A program made the translations under genes and the position numbers. 36,572 bases of DNA from Promethearchaeota archaeon (GTDB taxonomy: Archaea; Asgardarchaeota; Lokiarchaeia; Sigyniarchaeales; SOKP01): the NCBI GenBank assembly GCA_016930515.1, contig JAFGGO010000065.1, forward strand, positions 1 to 36,572, read 5' to 3'. Shown here piece by piece: positions 27,581-36,572 of the stretch. The notes under the pieces were generated by a model, which was not told where the DNA came from, ran no database searches, and saw only the letters and a list, made by a program, of their open reading frames with translations. Each line of letters begins with the position of its first letter. Position 1 is the first letter of the stretch.

Positions 27581-28201
27581 TGATTATTTTATGGATAGGA
27601 TTGCCTATATTTACTTTATTAATTCGATTTCTCATGAATCCTGATCCTGAGATGGTGCAAGTTATTTCTTCGACTTTTATAACAATCACCGTGCTAACAA
27701 CCCTTCCTGGTGCCCTTGCCTCTATCATGTTAAGTACTACGATTGTAAACGAACGCACCAAGGGAGTGTACGACCTCTTTCTGATAAGAACTGTAAAAAA
27801 ATACGAGTTGGTTCTTGCAAAATATTTTTCTGTTATAATATGCTTGGTAATTACTATCTTGACGATCCTAATTGTAGGGATGGCGTTTGATACGATCCTT
27901 GGAACTACTCTAGATCCATTGCAAGTACTTTACGATAATATAGAATCGCTCGTTATTTCTGCGGCTAGCTTGTCAATATCTTGTTCTATAGGAATCCTTT
28001 TCGGCATGTTGCTTGAATCTGTAGCCGCAGCAGCGATCCTTTCGTATTATATTGGGGGGTCAGCTTTCCGTGATCATAACTCTTCCTCAAGTTTTAGTGC
28101 CAGAATTAAATATGATGGTAATAGCCCCATTAATCGGGATTTTAACTACGGTGATAATGTTATACTTATCAATTTTCCAATTTAAGAAGAAACTAAGTTA
28201 A
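27580..28201 (+). pseudogene. ABC-2-type permease, 5'-truncated and frameshifted at a G6 run (28054-28059)
   Basis: IVNERTKGVYDLFLIR...LAKY; removing one G restores hydrophobic GGQLSVIITLP...IMLYLSIFQFKKKLS* ending at 28201. Confidence 0.75.
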
Positions 28202-28350
28202 ATGCTTTTAATTTCCTATATTTCAAAAAATAGGAAAATCACCAATTAAAAAATCCGAAAAAGTATTTTTTTTTTTACTTTAATGCTCAAAAATATAAAC
28301 TTGTAAAAATATTATTAGTTTAATTACTATAGAATAATTATCCATAAAAA

Positions 28351-29232
28351 ATGGACAAAAGAGCAATCATCATGGGAAATAACAACTTGAAACTAAAAGT
28401 CGATGTTCACTGCCCAATATGCTCCAAGATGGGTCAAATTCATGTAGAAAACGATTTTGTGAACCAAGTCGAAAGAGGTGTAACTGCCGCAAATATCGCA
28501 CAAGGTCTCGTGTGCGAACATTCGTTCGTGGTATATATAGATCGGAATTTTATCGTCAGGGACAGTTATATATGCGATTTTAAGATCGAAATCCCAGAAA
28601 TCAACATGAAAATTAGCGAAATCGACAATGATTCGCTAGATTTTGACATAGACATTATAAAACTCAATTTACCTCCTTCTGCTCTAGTAAATATCATCCG
28701 TGGAACATTTTATGGAAAAGTAATGGTCATTTTGACAGAATTAGAGCATCTTAAGAGTCATGTTCAGAATTTCTTCAAATACATCACTCAAGACACCTTT
28801 ATTGCTCAGATTTCCTTGATTACGAGACAAGAATACAAGGAAAACAAAAAAGCGTATAAGCATTCTTATGTACTTGACGGGGCTAAGGTATTCAACGATA
28901 GAGATAGGTTTTTCTACTATAAAAACCTTAAAGTGGAACAACAAATAGTAAGGAAGTTTTTCCAAGAATACGACGGCATTTCGAGCTTGATTCTGCTTAA
29001 AAACGAGATTTTAAAAACTTACCAACTATCAGAAGCAATCGTGGAATATAACGATGGACTTGAAGAAAAGGAGGAATTCGTTTCTAAAAAGGTGATAGAA
29101 TACCTTAATTCGCGTTTTAATACGGTGATCCCGCTCCCATATCTCGAATTCTTAGTTGGCATCGTTGAGGGATATTTTGGGCTCGATATCAGAAAACCAA
29201 CTAAAGTAGCGGACTTTCTAGAATTTTTATAA
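28351..29232 (+). CDS. Zinc-ribbon (CPIC...CEH) protein with a different C-terminal domain; start may be ATG at 28372
   Basis: HCPIC...VCEHSFVVYIDRNFIVRD homologous to the N-domain of 5832 and 17756. Confidence 0.65.
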   Translation: MDKRAIIMGNNNLKLKVDVHCPICSKMGQIHVENDFVNQVERGVTAANIAQGLVCEHSFVVYIDRNFIVRDSYICDFKIEIPEINMKISEIDNDSLDFDIDIIKLNLPPSALVNIIRGTFYGKVMVILTELEHLKSHVQNFFKYITQDTFIAQISLITRQEYKENKKAYKHSYVLDGAKVFNDRDRFFYYKNLKVEQQIVRKFFQEYDGISSLILLKNEILKTYQLSEAIVEYNDGLEEKEEFVSKKVIEYLNSRFNTVIPLPYLEFLVGIVEGYFGLDIRKPTKVADFLEFL

Positions 29233-29353
29233 TATGATTTGATTATTCTAATTGTATTTTTCTAGCTTTATAGGTACTAGTTAATATAGTGAAAGATTAA
29301 TTAATGATTTTATCTAGTTAAGCTTATCTTTAAAAATATCCAAATTGGTACTA

Positions 29354-30100
29354 ATGGCCGAAATTTTAACGCTTGAATTGATGATTGGAGGAATACTTAG
29401 CTTACTTTATGTTATCGTGACGACTATAACGGGGAGCCTAATAATCTCAAAATATTTTAAATACAAGGAAAAAGCTTTCCTCTATATAGGGATTGCCACT
29501 GTAGGAATTTCGAGCCCCTGGTGGCCTTCTACTCTATCATTTTTCTCAATCTTGTTTACCCAAGAAAGACTCGCCCAAGAAGTGTATTTCATCGTTGGAG
29601 TCTCATTCATACCTGTTTTTGCCTTTTTTTGGATTTTAGGGTTAAATATACTGGTTTTTAATGGAAAAAATAAGATTTTAATTGGAGTAGTTTTTATTCT
29701 TTTTTGCATCGTTGAAATCGCTTTTTTTACCATCCTTATCATAGATCCGTCCCAAATAGGGAGCTTGGCAGGTCCTGTTGATGTTTTATATAACCCTTTT
29801 ATAATGAGTATCTTGGGAATTCTCATTTTTATCGTACTCGCAACCGGTCTTGTTTTTTCCACTCGCTCTCTAAAATCAAGTAATCCCGAAATTCAGGCAA
29901 AAGGTAAAGTACTGACAATAGCCTTCTTGATATGGGGCGCATGTGCACATGTTGACGCTATTTTTGCCCTCCCTATTCCATTATTGTTGGTGTTGAGAGG
30001 TCTTTTAATTCTTACTGCTATGCAATTTTATATTGGGTGGATTTTGCCAGAATTTTCGAAAAAGGTTTTGAAAAAAATAGGATTGTTGAACGCACCTTAA
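29354..30100 (+). CDS. Seven-TM membrane protein of unknown function
   Basis: Seven hydrophobic segments, no soluble domain; ATG 29354 preferred over TTG 29345. Confidence 0.7.
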   Translation: MAEILTLELMIGGILSLLYVIVTTITGSLIISKYFKYKEKAFLYIGIATVGISSPWWPSTLSFFSILFTQERLAQEVYFIVGVSFIPVFAFFWILGLNILVFNGKNKILIGVVFILFCIVEIAFFTILIIDPSQIGSLAGPVDVLYNPFIMSILGILIFIVLATGLVFSTRSLKSSNPEIQAKGKVLTIAFLIWGACAHVDAIFALPIPLLLVLRGLLILTAMQFYIGWILPEFSKKVLKKIGLLNAP

Positions 30101-30155
30101 AACAATAAGTTAAATATTTAGTGAATTAAAAAAAAAAGGTTAAGTTGAATTACCT

Positions 30156-33041
30156 TCACTTGATTTGAGATTTTGCATACATCAGCATTGAATTCAGCTG
30201 AAGACCTTGAGGTGAGTTTTCTACGCCTTGTTGTTTATAAATTTCCAATGCGCTCTCCAAATAGCTCACGCTTTGTTCGAATTTATGCTGCGACACTAAC
30301 ACCTGACCAATGCTCACGAGACACATTGATTTAGATCTCAAGTTTCCAGACTTTTCGTAATATTCAAGAGCTTTTCGATAAAAATTCATGCCCTCATCGT
30401 GGTTTCCTTGAGCCATATAAATATTTCCAATACCCATTGCGTTGTCTGCAATTCCCGTTGGATTCTCCAATTTTTCTTCGATTTGCAGCGCCTCCTGATA
30501 ATATTTAAGCGCTTCGACGAAATTATATTGAAAATAATAGATGCTACCTATACAAACATAAGCGCGAGCCTTACCCTTTAAGCTTCCTAATTCTTCATAT
30601 ATTTTTAAAGACTCCACTTGGTTTTTGAGCGCTTCTGGAAAATTTTTTAAATTTTGGTAGATACCTCCAATATTCGTATGGCACATTGCAGCAGTAGCGA
30701 TATCTCCAATTTTTTTACTCGTTTCTAAGGCTTCTTGGTATTTGATCAAGGCGTCTTGATAATTTCCTTGCAAGTTAAGTACTCCCGCAATTCCTGATTG
30801 ATTTTGGGCTATTAAAGACAGATTCCCGAGGTCTTGTGTTATTTCAAGTGCTTTTTGATAGTTCTTAAGCGCTTCTTGCAAGTTTCCTGTGTTAAGATAT
30901 GTTGTAGCCATGTTTGTCAAATTCTTCGCTTGTCCTGGCACATTTCCAATTTCTAAGTTTATTTCTAAAGAATGGTCGAATAAATCTAACGCTTCTTGAG
31001 TTTTTCCTTGTAATTGACATATATTTCCTATATTCATCAAATTTAGCGATTCTGAAACTAAATCATTCAATTTTTTGTTGATTTCCAAGGATTCTTTAAA
31101 CTTTGTAGTTGCTTCGTCGTATTTCCCTTGATTCGTCATTAACGTTCCTATATTCGTTAAAATGCGAGACTTACTATTCTCGTCTTGAATTGTTTCGCTA
31201 ATCTCCAACGCTCCTTGGTAGATCTCTAACGCTCCCTCATATTTTCCCTGGTTGAGTAGTAGCGTTCCCTTGCTTATTAATGTGTTTATAGTTTTAGATA
31301 AATTTCCCAAAACTTTAGAAATCTCAAGTGAATCTTCGAAAAAGGGGAGCGCTTTTTCATATTCTCCTCGAAGCATGTGCATGATCCCCACGTTATTTAA
31401 CTTGGCAGCCTTTCCGTCTAAATCGCCCAATTTATCGTCAATCTCTAACGCTTCCTTATAATTATTCGTGGCCAGATCGTACTTACCCTGATCCCTATAA
31501 GCGTCCGCTTTATTAGCCAAAAGGACGGATTTTATGGTCAAATCTCCTATTTGGTCGTTTATTTCGAGTGCTTCTTGAAAACGCGAAAGGGCATCGTTGT
31601 ATTTGCCTTGTCTTATTAGAATTGCTCCAATGTTATTGAGCGTTTTGACTTTACCCTTTAAATTCCCTTTCTGATTTTGAATATCGTAGGCAGAATTAAA
31701 ATAGGATAGGGCATTAGGATAATCGTGCTTGTCTGCAGTGGCCGTTCCGATGTAATGCAGACTTTCTGCTGCACCTTCTGTATCTCCCAATTCTTGTCTA
31801 ATTTTTAGCGATTTTTCGAAATAGCTCAAGGCCTCGTCGTACTGGCTCTTCATCAAATCGGCACTACCAATCTTTATGTGAAAATCAGCTTGCGAGGACA
31901 AATCTCCTCTCGATATCGAGATTTGGAGACCTTTTTCAGAAGTACTTTTAGCATCGTCAGGTCTTGCTAATCTATAATAGATTTCGTGAGCGAATGCGTG
32001 TTTCTTGAAGTTGTTGTTAAAATCAACATTTCTTGAAACAAAAGATTTAAAATTTTCTGGCTGAAATGTTTTTTGACTAATATTCTCGGGTAGATCGCTC
32101 TTGATGAGAATGTTCCATAATCGTTTTGTAAAAAAATGAGATGTGTGGGTGTTAATCTTATAAATTTCGATTGGATTGTCCTGAAGCGTTGCGCTGTTGG
32201 CAATCTCTTTTAAGAGCGCTATTTCCTTACTCGACGATTCCTCTGATGAGGTATAATCAAATTTTAATAATTCGAGATTGATGTCGTTCGAATGGTTTAA
32301 CCAAACGAGCTTAGAGACACCATGAAGTTCCTTTAAGGTTGGACCAATATCAAAGTCATCGCTCCCAGAATACCCTGCTACTATCAATGTAGCGTTTTGA
32401 AGGGCGTTGAACAGTGTTGCTCTTTTATATGGTTCCAAGGCAAAGGTTTCTCCTTCTCCTCTTTCCTTGCCCAATGAAGACAATGTGGTAACCAATGTTT
32501 CTTTGGTGATAGTGCCAGTTACGATGTTTTTATTTGTACCGTGCAATTTAATCAAAGGATATTTTTCCTCCTGAAATAAGTTTCCAGGATTTCTATGTTT
32601 CAAGAAATCCTCTTTGGTTATGATGGGAACAATATTTTCCTTATTATCCAAAATCCTCATCAAGGCGTATTCGATGAGGTAATCAAAATTTGTTGTTGCG
32701 ACGAGATAATTCCTTTTTATAGCATTTGCTAAAAAATAATGGATCAGGTTTGGTTCTGTAAAGATGTCAAAATAGCCCATGGCTTTCAGATCAGGATCAA
32801 AATTATGCTGGAGGATCTCGACGATTAATTCGTATCTCAACCCTTCGAGGTTCTTAATGTTATTAACCTCTTCTTCGGGAGCGCCGAGCTCTATCAAGGC
32901 ATCGCTAAATCCAATTGCGGAAGGCACGGAGGAAGGTTTATCCATGGATATTCCCGCACCTACTAGAAAAAATAGCTTGTTCTCGCCTGAAAAAATTTCT
33001 TCTAATCGCTTTTCAGGAGAGTCCTCAACTTTGAAAGACAT
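30156..33041 (-). CDS. SIR2-like domain plus TPR-repeat protein
   Basis: FLVGAGIS, TTNFDYLIE, LIKLHG, VAGYSGSDDFDI; then roughly 14-15 repeats of about 40 aa (NNIG...QGKY..AL....AL.I...G). Confidence 0.88.
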   Translation of the reverse strand: MSFKVEDSPEKRLEEIFSGENKLFFLVGAGISMDKPSSVPSAIGFSDALIELGAPEEEVNNIKNLEGLRYELIVEILQHNFDPDLKAMGYFDIFTEPNLIHYFLANAIKRNYLVATTNFDYLIEYALMRILDNKENIVPIITKEDFLKHRNPGNLFQEEKYPLIKLHGTNKNIVTGTITKETLVTTLSSLGKERGEGETFALEPYKRATLFNALQNATLIVAGYSGSDDFDIGPTLKELHGVSKLVWLNHSNDINLELLKFDYTSSEESSSKEIALLKEIANSATLQDNPIEIYKINTHTSHFFTKRLWNILIKSDLPENISQKTFQPENFKSFVSRNVDFNNNFKKHAFAHEIYYRLARPDDAKSTSEKGLQISISRGDLSSQADFHIKIGSADLMKSQYDEALSYFEKSLKIRQELGDTEGAAESLHYIGTATADKHDYPNALSYFNSAYDIQNQKGNLKGKVKTLNNIGAILIRQGKYNDALSRFQEALEINDQIGDLTIKSVLLANKADAYRDQGKYDLATNNYKEALEIDDKLGDLDGKAAKLNNVGIMHMLRGEYEKALPFFEDSLEISKVLGNLSKTINTLISKGTLLLNQGKYEGALEIYQGALEISETIQDENSKSRILTNIGTLMTNQGKYDEATTKFKESLEINKKLNDLVSESLNLMNIGNICQLQGKTQEALDLFDHSLEINLEIGNVPGQAKNLTNMATTYLNTGNLQEALKNYQKALEITQDLGNLSLIAQNQSGIAGVLNLQGNYQDALIKYQEALETSKKIGDIATAAMCHTNIGGIYQNLKNFPEALKNQVESLKIYEELGSLKGKARAYVCIGSIYYFQYNFVEALKYYQEALQIEEKLENPTGIADNAMGIGNIYMAQGNHDEGMNFYRKALEYYEKSGNLRSKSMCLVSIGQVLVSQHKFEQSVSYLESALEIYKQQGVENSPQGLQLNSMLMYAKSQIK

Positions 33042-33180
33042 GTATTTCCTAGTAGAAATGGTTGTTTTTATTAATTTCTACGAATTATATTCGATTGGAG
33101 AAACGCATTTAAATAAAGTTAAGTTAAATTATATTACATATTTAATTTGTATTCAATGAAATAAACAAAGAGGAGAAAAA

Positions 33181-33534
33181 ATGAGAAAAACATATAAAAA
33201 CGAGGGAATTATGAAGGCACTGACAATTATAGGTGCTATCGTTAGTTTAATCTTCGTAATTCTCGGCTTGCTGCATTTCTTCAATGTTTACTCCGTAACA
33301 TATCCATACTGGAACCCATTCGGGGGCGAAATTGTGATGGTTCTCGTTGGATCTATTATTGGGTTAGTCATTGCAGCATTAACTCTAATGTGCGCCGTAA
33401 AACCAGGCGATCCGATTCCATTTAACTGGATTATATTGCTTATTTTTGCAATATTGTTGATCATCTTTGCACATGTCTTAGGTGGAGTGCTCGTACTCAT
33501 CGCGTTCTTAATAGGATTGATCGAGGACCTTTAA
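33181..33534 (+). CDS. Small hypothetical membrane protein
   Basis: 3-4 TM helices; SD GAGGAG; T-rich tract downstream. Confidence 0.7.
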   Translation: MRKTYKNEGIMKALTIIGAIVSLIFVILGLLHFFNVYSVTYPYWNPFGGEIVMVLVGSIIGLVIAALTLMCAVKPGDPIPFNWIILLIFAILLIIFAHVLGGVLVLIAFLIGLIEDL

Positions 33535-33543
33535 AAGAAAAAA

Positions 33544-33582
33544 TTTGTTTTTTTTCTTGTTTTTTTTTTAAATTTTTATTCT
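33544..33582 (+). terminator. Oligo-T archaeal-type terminator between convergent genes
   Basis: Long T tracts just after the 33534 stop. Confidence 0.45.
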
Positions 33583-33592
33583 TAAAATCAAA

Positions 33593-34453
33593 TTAACATT
33601 CTAAAAAATATGAAATTATTTCTTCAACCAAATTTACATCTGTAACTCTCTGTAGGCCTTTAAATCCAGGGATTGAATTCACTTCTATGACTTGATAGCC
33701 CTTGTCGCTTTCGATAATGTCTACGCCAGCTATCTCTGTTTTAGTAACTTGAGCTGCTTTTATGGCCATATTCCTTAATTCATTTGTTAGTTCTATTGGT
33801 TCTGACCGAGCTCCTGCGTGAATATTTGTCTTCCAATTGTCGCTCTTTCGATACATCCCCGCAATAGCTTTATTACCAAGCACGAGAATTCGAATGTCTC
33901 GATTGTAATGATCCACGAATTCTTGAACGTAAAACACATCATTGAGCTTTTCCAAGGTGTAAAAGACATTTTCAGCAAAGGATTTATCGTTAATTCTAGT
34001 TATTCCCACCCCTTTTGAACCAAATAATGGTTTTAAAACAATATCTCCTCCTAATTCGTCAAATGCTTCTAAAGCATCCTCGGCGTTCTCACAAATTATG
34101 GTTTTTGGGGTTGATATTCCGTTTCGCTCTAAATAAACGGATGTTAAAAATTTATCGCTTGCGATTTCCAAGGAGGTCCTAGAATTAATCAATCTGGTGC
34201 CGTGTAATTCAATCGCGGTGAGTAAATCAAGACGAAAAAAGATTTTTTGCGTTACATCAGCTCCGAATCCCCTGACTAAAGCTTTATTATTTTCAATGTC
34301 TTCAAATTCAGCGTGAAAATCGTGGATGTTTATCTTAACTTGTGTGGAAGCTGGAACGAAATATCGGACTTTAAAACCTCTTTTGTTCAATTCTGAAGAT
34401 AACCTTTCTACTTCAGGATCTGATGGCTTGGGGGTTATAATCATTGAATACAT
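33593..34453 (-). CDS. RimK/LysX/MptN-family ATP-grasp alpha-L-glutamate ligase
   Basis: SDKFLT, VLKPLFGSKGVG, YVQEFV, RDIRILV, WKTNIHAG, AGVDII, EVNSIPG. Confidence 0.9.
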   Translation of the reverse strand: MYSMIITPKPSDPEVERLSSELNKRGFKVRYFVPASTQVKINIHDFHAEFEDIENNKALVRGFGADVTQKIFFRLDLLTAIELHGTRLINSRTSLEIASDKFLTSVYLERNGISTPKTIICENAEDALEAFDELGGDIVLKPLFGSKGVGITRINDKSFAENVFYTLEKLNDVFYVQEFVDHYNRDIRILVLGNKAIAGMYRKSDNWKTNIHAGARSEPIELTNELRNMAIKAAQVTKTEIAGVDIIESDKGYQVIEVNSIPGFKGLQRVTDVNLVEEIISYFLEC

Positions 34454-34704
34454 GTTGTTATCTAATAATATTGTAAAATTAGACTTTTAAATGATTTACT
34501 TCAATTAAAAATTCCTTATGGGACTAGATGAATGTTTAACTATTTTAGTGGTATAATTAACCTTTCTTACGATTTTATTTCACGAATTTATCGCAGTCTT
34601 ATTGTTTAAAATAAGGAGAATTTTAATTTTTGCAAGGCTTATCTATTATAAATAACATGGTACTTATATCTACTAGATCAAATTTTAATTCGGTGTAATA
34701 CTCA

Positions 34705-35313
34705 ATGGATACAAGCGACGAAACTGAAAAAACCGGGAACGATATTGAGAAATTGGTGAGAATTACTAGTGATATTCAAGATCTTTACTTGAAAAAACTA
34801 CAACAACTGGACGATCTTAAAAACGAGGTTTCTGATTTGAAAGACGTGCTCAATTCACTCAAATCTATGGTTTCCATCCACTCTTTTAAGGGTGCAGACG
34901 AAATATATTCAAAATCAATATCAAGATGCGAAGATGGCAGCGATAATTACTTTCAGGAAACAGTACATCCCGATAAAATTGGAGGAGGTAAGCTTAAAAG
35001 AAAAATTTTCGCTCCTGACAGTAAAAAGGGGGAAAAACTGATTGCTATTTTAACTTTTGTTGGAATGAAAGAAATTACGGTTAAATTTCTCTACCCTGAA
35101 GAATCTTCGATCCGAGAGACGTCCGAGAGTTTTATTAGGGTTTTTATTAAAGAAGCTTTGGTAAAAGTAAAGGAAAAAAATCCTGATCTGAATGTAACCT
35201 ACGAATATCTTAAAAAATCTGATTTGATAAGTTTGATCAAGATCTTGAATGTGAGCACAATAGATGATTTTGATCTCATCACTTCAAAAATACAAGATCT
35301 ACTGATCAAGTAA
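34705..35313 (+). CDS. Hypothetical protein with N-terminal coiled coil
   Basis: 202-aa ORF; heptads LKKLQQLDDLKNEVSDLKDVLNSL. Confidence 0.65.
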   Translation: MDTSDETEKTGNDIEKLVRITSDIQDLYLKKLQQLDDLKNEVSDLKDVLNSLKSMVSIHSFKGADEIYSKSISRCEDGSDNYFQETVHPDKIGGGKLKRKIFAPDSKKGEKLIAILTFVGMKEITVKFLYPEESSIRETSESFIRVFIKEALVKVKEKNPDLNVTYEYLKKSDLISLIKILNVSTIDDFDLITSKIQDLLIK

Positions 35314-35438
35314 ACCGTTTTCGCACTACTGGAGTAAAATAAAATTATTTTAGTATCGTGAATTACAATCTTTTTAAATCTTAAAAAGTTATAATAAATG
35401 CTTTTACGATAATTAATAAAAAAATAAGTTGATAAAAA

Positions 35439-35864
35439 ATGGTTGACCAAGGTTTATTAGACAAGATAAAAGGCCCGATGGACGATCCTTCATCTGCGAC
35501 CCTTGAGGATATAGGTAATATCTTAGAATTTATTAAAGAAATTTCCAAAGAAAACGACGATATCAAGGAAGAATTAGAAGACATGGATATAGTCGTTCAA
35601 ATTGTAATAACCGACAAGGAAGCAAAGTATTGGCTAAAAGCGCAAGAAGGAAAAGTAGATGCGGGCGAAGGCGATGTGGATGACCCTTCTTTCACGTTTA
35701 CGGCCAGATTTGAAATTGGTGTAGGATTATTAACTGGTGAAATTGATTCTACTTCTGCATACATGGCAGGAGATATTACCGTTGAGGGAAATTTACAGGA
35801 CGCCATGGCCTTCCAAGAGTTAATTGAATTAGCGACTGAAGCCTACGAGGACCTCACGGAATAA
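35439..35864 (+). CDS. SCP2 sterol/lipid-binding domain protein, copy 1
   Basis: LLTGEIDSTSAYMAGDITVEGNLQDAMAF, the SCP2 signature. Confidence 0.88.
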   Translation: MVDQGLLDKIKGPMDDPSSATLEDIGNILEFIKEISKENDDIKEELEDMDIVVQIVITDKEAKYWLKAQEGKVDAGEGDVDDPSFTFTARFEIGVGLLTGEIDSTSAYMAGDITVEGNLQDAMAFQELIELATEAYEDLTE

Positions 35865-35882
35865 GCGTCGATCGTAAGAGGA

Positions 35883-35921
35883 TTTTTTTTTTCTTTGTAT
35901 TTTCAATTCTTTTTCAGTTTT
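35883..35921 (+). terminator. Oligo-T terminator after SCP2 copy 1
   Basis: T10 plus further T tracts shortly after the stop. Confidence 0.45.
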
Positions 35922-36054
35922 ATACCTATTTTATTGTTATTTATAGATTAATGATCAATTCATACCAAGAAAGGAAATCTTGAAATAACCTAAAGTTATA
36001 TATGATGCGATCATTACATACTATAACTAATTAGCTAAGAAATTGGTTAGTAAA

Positions 36055-36480
36055 ATGGTTGATCAAGCGTTATTAGACAAGATGAAAAGCATCGTGGACG
36101 ATCCTTCGGCGGCGACTCTCGACGATATAAAGCACCTTTTAGAATTTTCCAAACAAATATCTAAAGAAAACGACGATATTAAAGAAGAACTCGAGGACAT
36201 GGATATCGTCGTCCAGATGATCATTACCGATAAAGACGCTAAGTTTTGGTTAAAAGCACAGGAAGGAGAAGTTGATGTGGGAGAGGGCGATGTAGAAGAT
36301 CCCTCATTCACATTTTCGGCAAGCTTTGACACCGCTATAGGGATGTTAACAGGCGAAATTGATTCTACTTCTGCATATATGGCAGGCGAAATTACCGTTG
36401 AAGGCAATTTACAGGACGCCATGGCGTTTCAAGAGCTAAATGAGTTAGTTATGGAAGCTTATGAGGATCTTACAGAGTAA
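36055..36480 (+). CDS. SCP2 sterol/lipid-binding domain protein, copy 2 (tandem duplicate)
   Basis: Same 141-aa length and highly similar to copy 1; ATG 36055. Confidence 0.88.
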   Translation: MVDQALLDKMKSIVDDPSAATLDDIKHLLEFSKQISKENDDIKEELEDMDIVVQMIITDKDAKFWLKAQEGEVDVGEGDVEDPSFTFSASFDTAIGMLTGEIDSTSAYMAGEITVEGNLQDAMAFQELNELVMEAYEDLTE

Positions 36481-36572
36481 GACCTTACAAGGTTTGACTA
36501 TCTTTTCTTATTTTTTTTATTTTTATGATAAATATATAAATGATATATAACTGAATAAAAATACATTTTAAA

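Noticed and set aside
30156-31900. Approximately 120-bp periodicity as a DNA repeat array
   Set aside because: Explained by degenerate 40-aa TPR repeats
352-35450. Numerous 60-130 aa ORFs antisense to or nested within larger genes
   Set aside because: No motifs; they overlap well-supported CDSs
35381-36422. Similar antisense ORFs opposite both SCP2 genes
   Set aside because: Shadows of the duplicated sense genes, not independent evidence of coding
1-36572. tRNA, rRNA, MCP or archaellin genes
   Set aside because: No recognisable sequence or motif for any of these by eye

Overview
AT-rich archaeal window. Archaeal-type SD motifs (GAGGTGAT, GGTGA) together with gelsolin-, longin- and Roadblock-like proteins, SCP2 paralogs and a CPxC...CEH zinc-ribbon family suggest an Asgard archaeon, probably Lokiarchaeia-like (inference). 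The centrepiece is a minus-strand chemosensory cluster at about 6.5-17.4 kb: cheW, cheY, cheA, an unusual CheW-CheC-CheC fusion, cheD and cheC. It is interleaved with eukaryote-signature-like genes: a longin-domain protein, a 676-aa beta-sandwich protein resembling a mu-adaptin/delta-COP homology domain, and a single-domain gelsolin-like protein. Two paralogous zinc-ribbon-Roadblock genes bracket the cluster. No MCP, CheB, CheR, CheF or archaellum genes occur in the window. I hypothesise a chemosensory pathway that outputs to actin, small-GTPase or membrane-trafficking machinery rather than an archaellar motor. The rest of the window holds a MacB/FtsX-type ABC operon with a TetR gene and twin palindromic operators, an epoxide-hydrolase-like gene, a patch of three broken genes, a 7-TM protein, a SIR2-TPR protein, a RimK-family ligase and tandem SCP2 genes. 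All family assignments are by eye from motifs; no searches were run.
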